Positions 61,301-64,000 of a DNA stretch of 64,000 nucleotides are shown in pieces. Origin of the DNA: Antedon mediterranea (taxonomy: Eukaryota > Animalia > Echinodermata). Where the stretch lies: NCBI RefSeq assembly GCF_964355755.1, contig NC_092670.1:18276795-18340794 (forward strand). The letters run 5' to 3'. Position 1 is the first letter of the stretch. The number at the start of each line of letters is the position of its first letter. The position numbers were made by a program, and so were the translations under genes. Under the pieces are notes generated by a model. It ran no database searches. It saw only the letters and a list, made by a program, of their open reading frames with translations, and was not told the origin of the DNA.

Positions 61301-64000
61301 TATTTCAAAATAAAAAGGAGCCTCAAGCGCTGACTTTACCCTGATCAACAACTGGCATTTATGGGATACGTTTTGACAGTGCGTTTGGTAGCTAATGCTA
61401 CAATTATACCCGGGTGATTTATAATACAGTACGTTACGCCACATCTGCCGGTATAACTCACCCCTGACGACGTCATCATAAGTTAATCAACTTCATAGTT
61501 AATTGGAAACACCCAGTAAACCGAACGTTATTAATAATCATGATTAAATTGGTCAAGGCTTCCAAATAAATCGCTGAATACCATTACAATCAAGTCGGAT
61601 TAACTCGGATCAATTCGGAAAAGTATGAAATATTTGTCATGATTTTTAAATTATTTTAAGATCATGGCAAAAACAATACATGCTATATTTAGAATTAAAT
61701 GGAAACTATTGACGTGTAATACCGTATAGGTAGAAACGATATAAATGAATAAATTGACCAACTTAGATTCGAACTCGGAATTTTCTACTTTTTATCCTTA
61801 CTATTAAATGATGGTTTTATTTTAATATCCATCCAAGTCATATTGGATATCAATTATTGCCACATACAACAGTAATATTATTTAGTTTGAGTAACATTGC
61901 GTCATTAACCTGATTACTGCAATACATTATACCGGCGGTAACGTAACGGTTTTCTTGTAAAGTTAATGTTCTACGAAAAACAGAAAACCATATTAATACC
62001 ACCCACAAAAGGCGGATTTAGTTAAGACCCCTGTCGCTTTGTGCATGCTGTCGTGGGTATGGTGGTGAGCATGTAATCTGAATTGAAGATATATATAGGG
62101 GCGATTAATGTGCACATCTATGTAAAAGTTCAGGTTTCTAATTTTCTTATTTGTATGTATTATTTCTATTTGAAGTAAAATCTTAAGACTCCCATTTTAG
62201 TCAAGGCTTATCACACTTTCATGTGGACATTCTGCCACCATTTTATTATCCTTACTGGCTATTAATAAACAATAATTACAATTTATAACGAGGAAGTCAC
62301 GTGTATAAATGTACATTTGGCTTAGCTAATCTAGTCGTCTTATAAAAACACGCCAAATATTCGAGTAAAAAGCTCGTCACCGGCTCCATCAACTCCCAAA
62401 CGTTTAATCATTATAAACCATCAGAGCGATCTAATCAACAAGGTATTATTACCATGCAGAAATGAGTGGCATGTACAAGTGTTGCAAATTATCATGATTA
62501 TTGATAAAAATGTACTATGATGGCACCAAACATTACAATAAAGACGTCTTTATACCGAATGCAGCTTCTATAACGTGACTCCACACGTCACTCGTTTGGT
62601 TATAGCATGGAGAAATCTCTATTTTCTTGTCTCAGTGAGGCGCAGGTCCAAATTTCTGATATAATCGGCACAGTTTTTGTACGCTATAGATTTGCTTAGC
62701 ATTTAGGTTCAGTAAAAATAAAACAGAATATAACAACTTTTAAAAAAAAGATGCAATGGACATGCAATACGGTAGGTCAACACTGACGCAATCGATACGA
62801 AACGTGAAGATTTCTTCACAGTGAAAATACATTTTAAAGTTTGAATACATTCAGGCCTGTCTTGTAATAATACCTAAATAAACCTATTTATATATAATAT
62901 TTGTTCTAAAAAAAGCAAAATAATTAGATTAGGCTATAAGTCATCCGAATCAAGTCTAAGATGAGGTACAATAATGTAATGCGCATGCCTCAAATTCTAT
63001 AATATTAAACAATGAAAAGGTTATACATTTAAAAGTACCATCCTCCATTTTAAAAAATGTATTGATATTACAGGCCGACCAGAGGCATTGCACCATAGTT
63101 ATGATAGGCCTATATACACATTATTATTTGGTTTTATACCGTCCATATGAAATTCAAATTAGCGTACAATTTTTTAGTTTAGTTTACGCTGCACGCGGTC
63201 GATTTTTAAGTAATTTGTCAGCAAATTCGCAAAGCACTTAACGATAAACAGTTGATGAAGTGCTCGATCTCTGTAAACGCAATTAATGTGTAGTTAACGT
63301 TTTAAACGAATTCGCAGACGATAACGAAAAATGTATGCGATAGGTTTGATGAATTTTACAGCGATACTTTTACGTTATGAAATTGACGAGGTATATCTTT
63401 CTCTATGGATGAATAATTAAGTGCGAATAATGGTGTGGTATTAATAATTAATAACTAATCACTTTGTTTTGATCGTTATTGCCGACAGACACTTAAATAT
63501 TATTTTTCCTTCATTTATTATTTACGTACGTATCCCATCCCGCTTTTCGTTTGCACGTGTGTTCTTCATCAGTTGCACTCAGTCTTTTAAAAATGAATTT
63601 ACTTGTTGTTTTGCTTCCTATGCGTTTCTTTGTTTAATCCTCAATTCTTTCAATCAATTATCTGTTTATTTTTTTATTTTTTTTATTCGTTTCTTTTTTA
63701 AAGTAGGCCTAAAGATCGGATTAATTTTAAAGACTACATCACCACTTGAAATGATTATAGATTACAATATAAGTTTATAACTGTTATGTATTATATACAA
63801 CTGTAATTTTAACGTTGACTCCAAAAATAGAATCACATTATTTTCATATTTTCGAAGAATTTTTTTTCTTTATAACAGGACTGGAGTGTACATTGGGTTT
63901 ATATATAATTGCCTGGAATTGGTAATAACGGAATTAGTCGTCTCCAGTTTTGTATAATACTGATATCCATTTATAAATGTACCATGTATACGGTATTCAT

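Noticed and set aside
63545-63572. CTGATGA...GAAA on the minus strand (also at 6948 on +)
   Set aside because: No credible stem II/III or cleavage triplet, so not a hammerhead.

Overview
AT-rich, intron-containing animal DNA. An invertebrate deuterostome (echinoderm-like) origin is an inference from gene content and repeat types. Splice-site walking by eye supports five protein genes. (1) The 3' end of an unidentified + strand gene (165-1158) with a Tyr/Ser-motif tail; its TGA sits in a CARYYA readthrough context and is followed by 24 in-frame codons carrying two more Tyr motifs. (2) RBM33 (minus, 15 exons, ~1223 aa), with a possibly ~15 kb 3'UTR. (3) PHGDH (minus, 11 exons, ~527 aa). (4) A divergently transcribed type I membrane protein: signal peptide-MAM-MAM-mucin stalk-EGF-TM-charged helix tail (13 exons, ~675 aa). 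(5) Exon 1 of a paraxis/scleraxis bHLH gene. Also present: an intact tRNA-Phe flanked by two decayed copies, tRNA-derived SINEs, two Penelope-type minimal hammerhead-like motifs, many MITEs (one Harbinger-type family has 12 copies), minisatellites, a CpG-poor to CpG-rich transition near 39.4 kb, and a strongly over-represented TAGGCCTA palindrome. All coordinates and counts were made by eye; no database searches were run.
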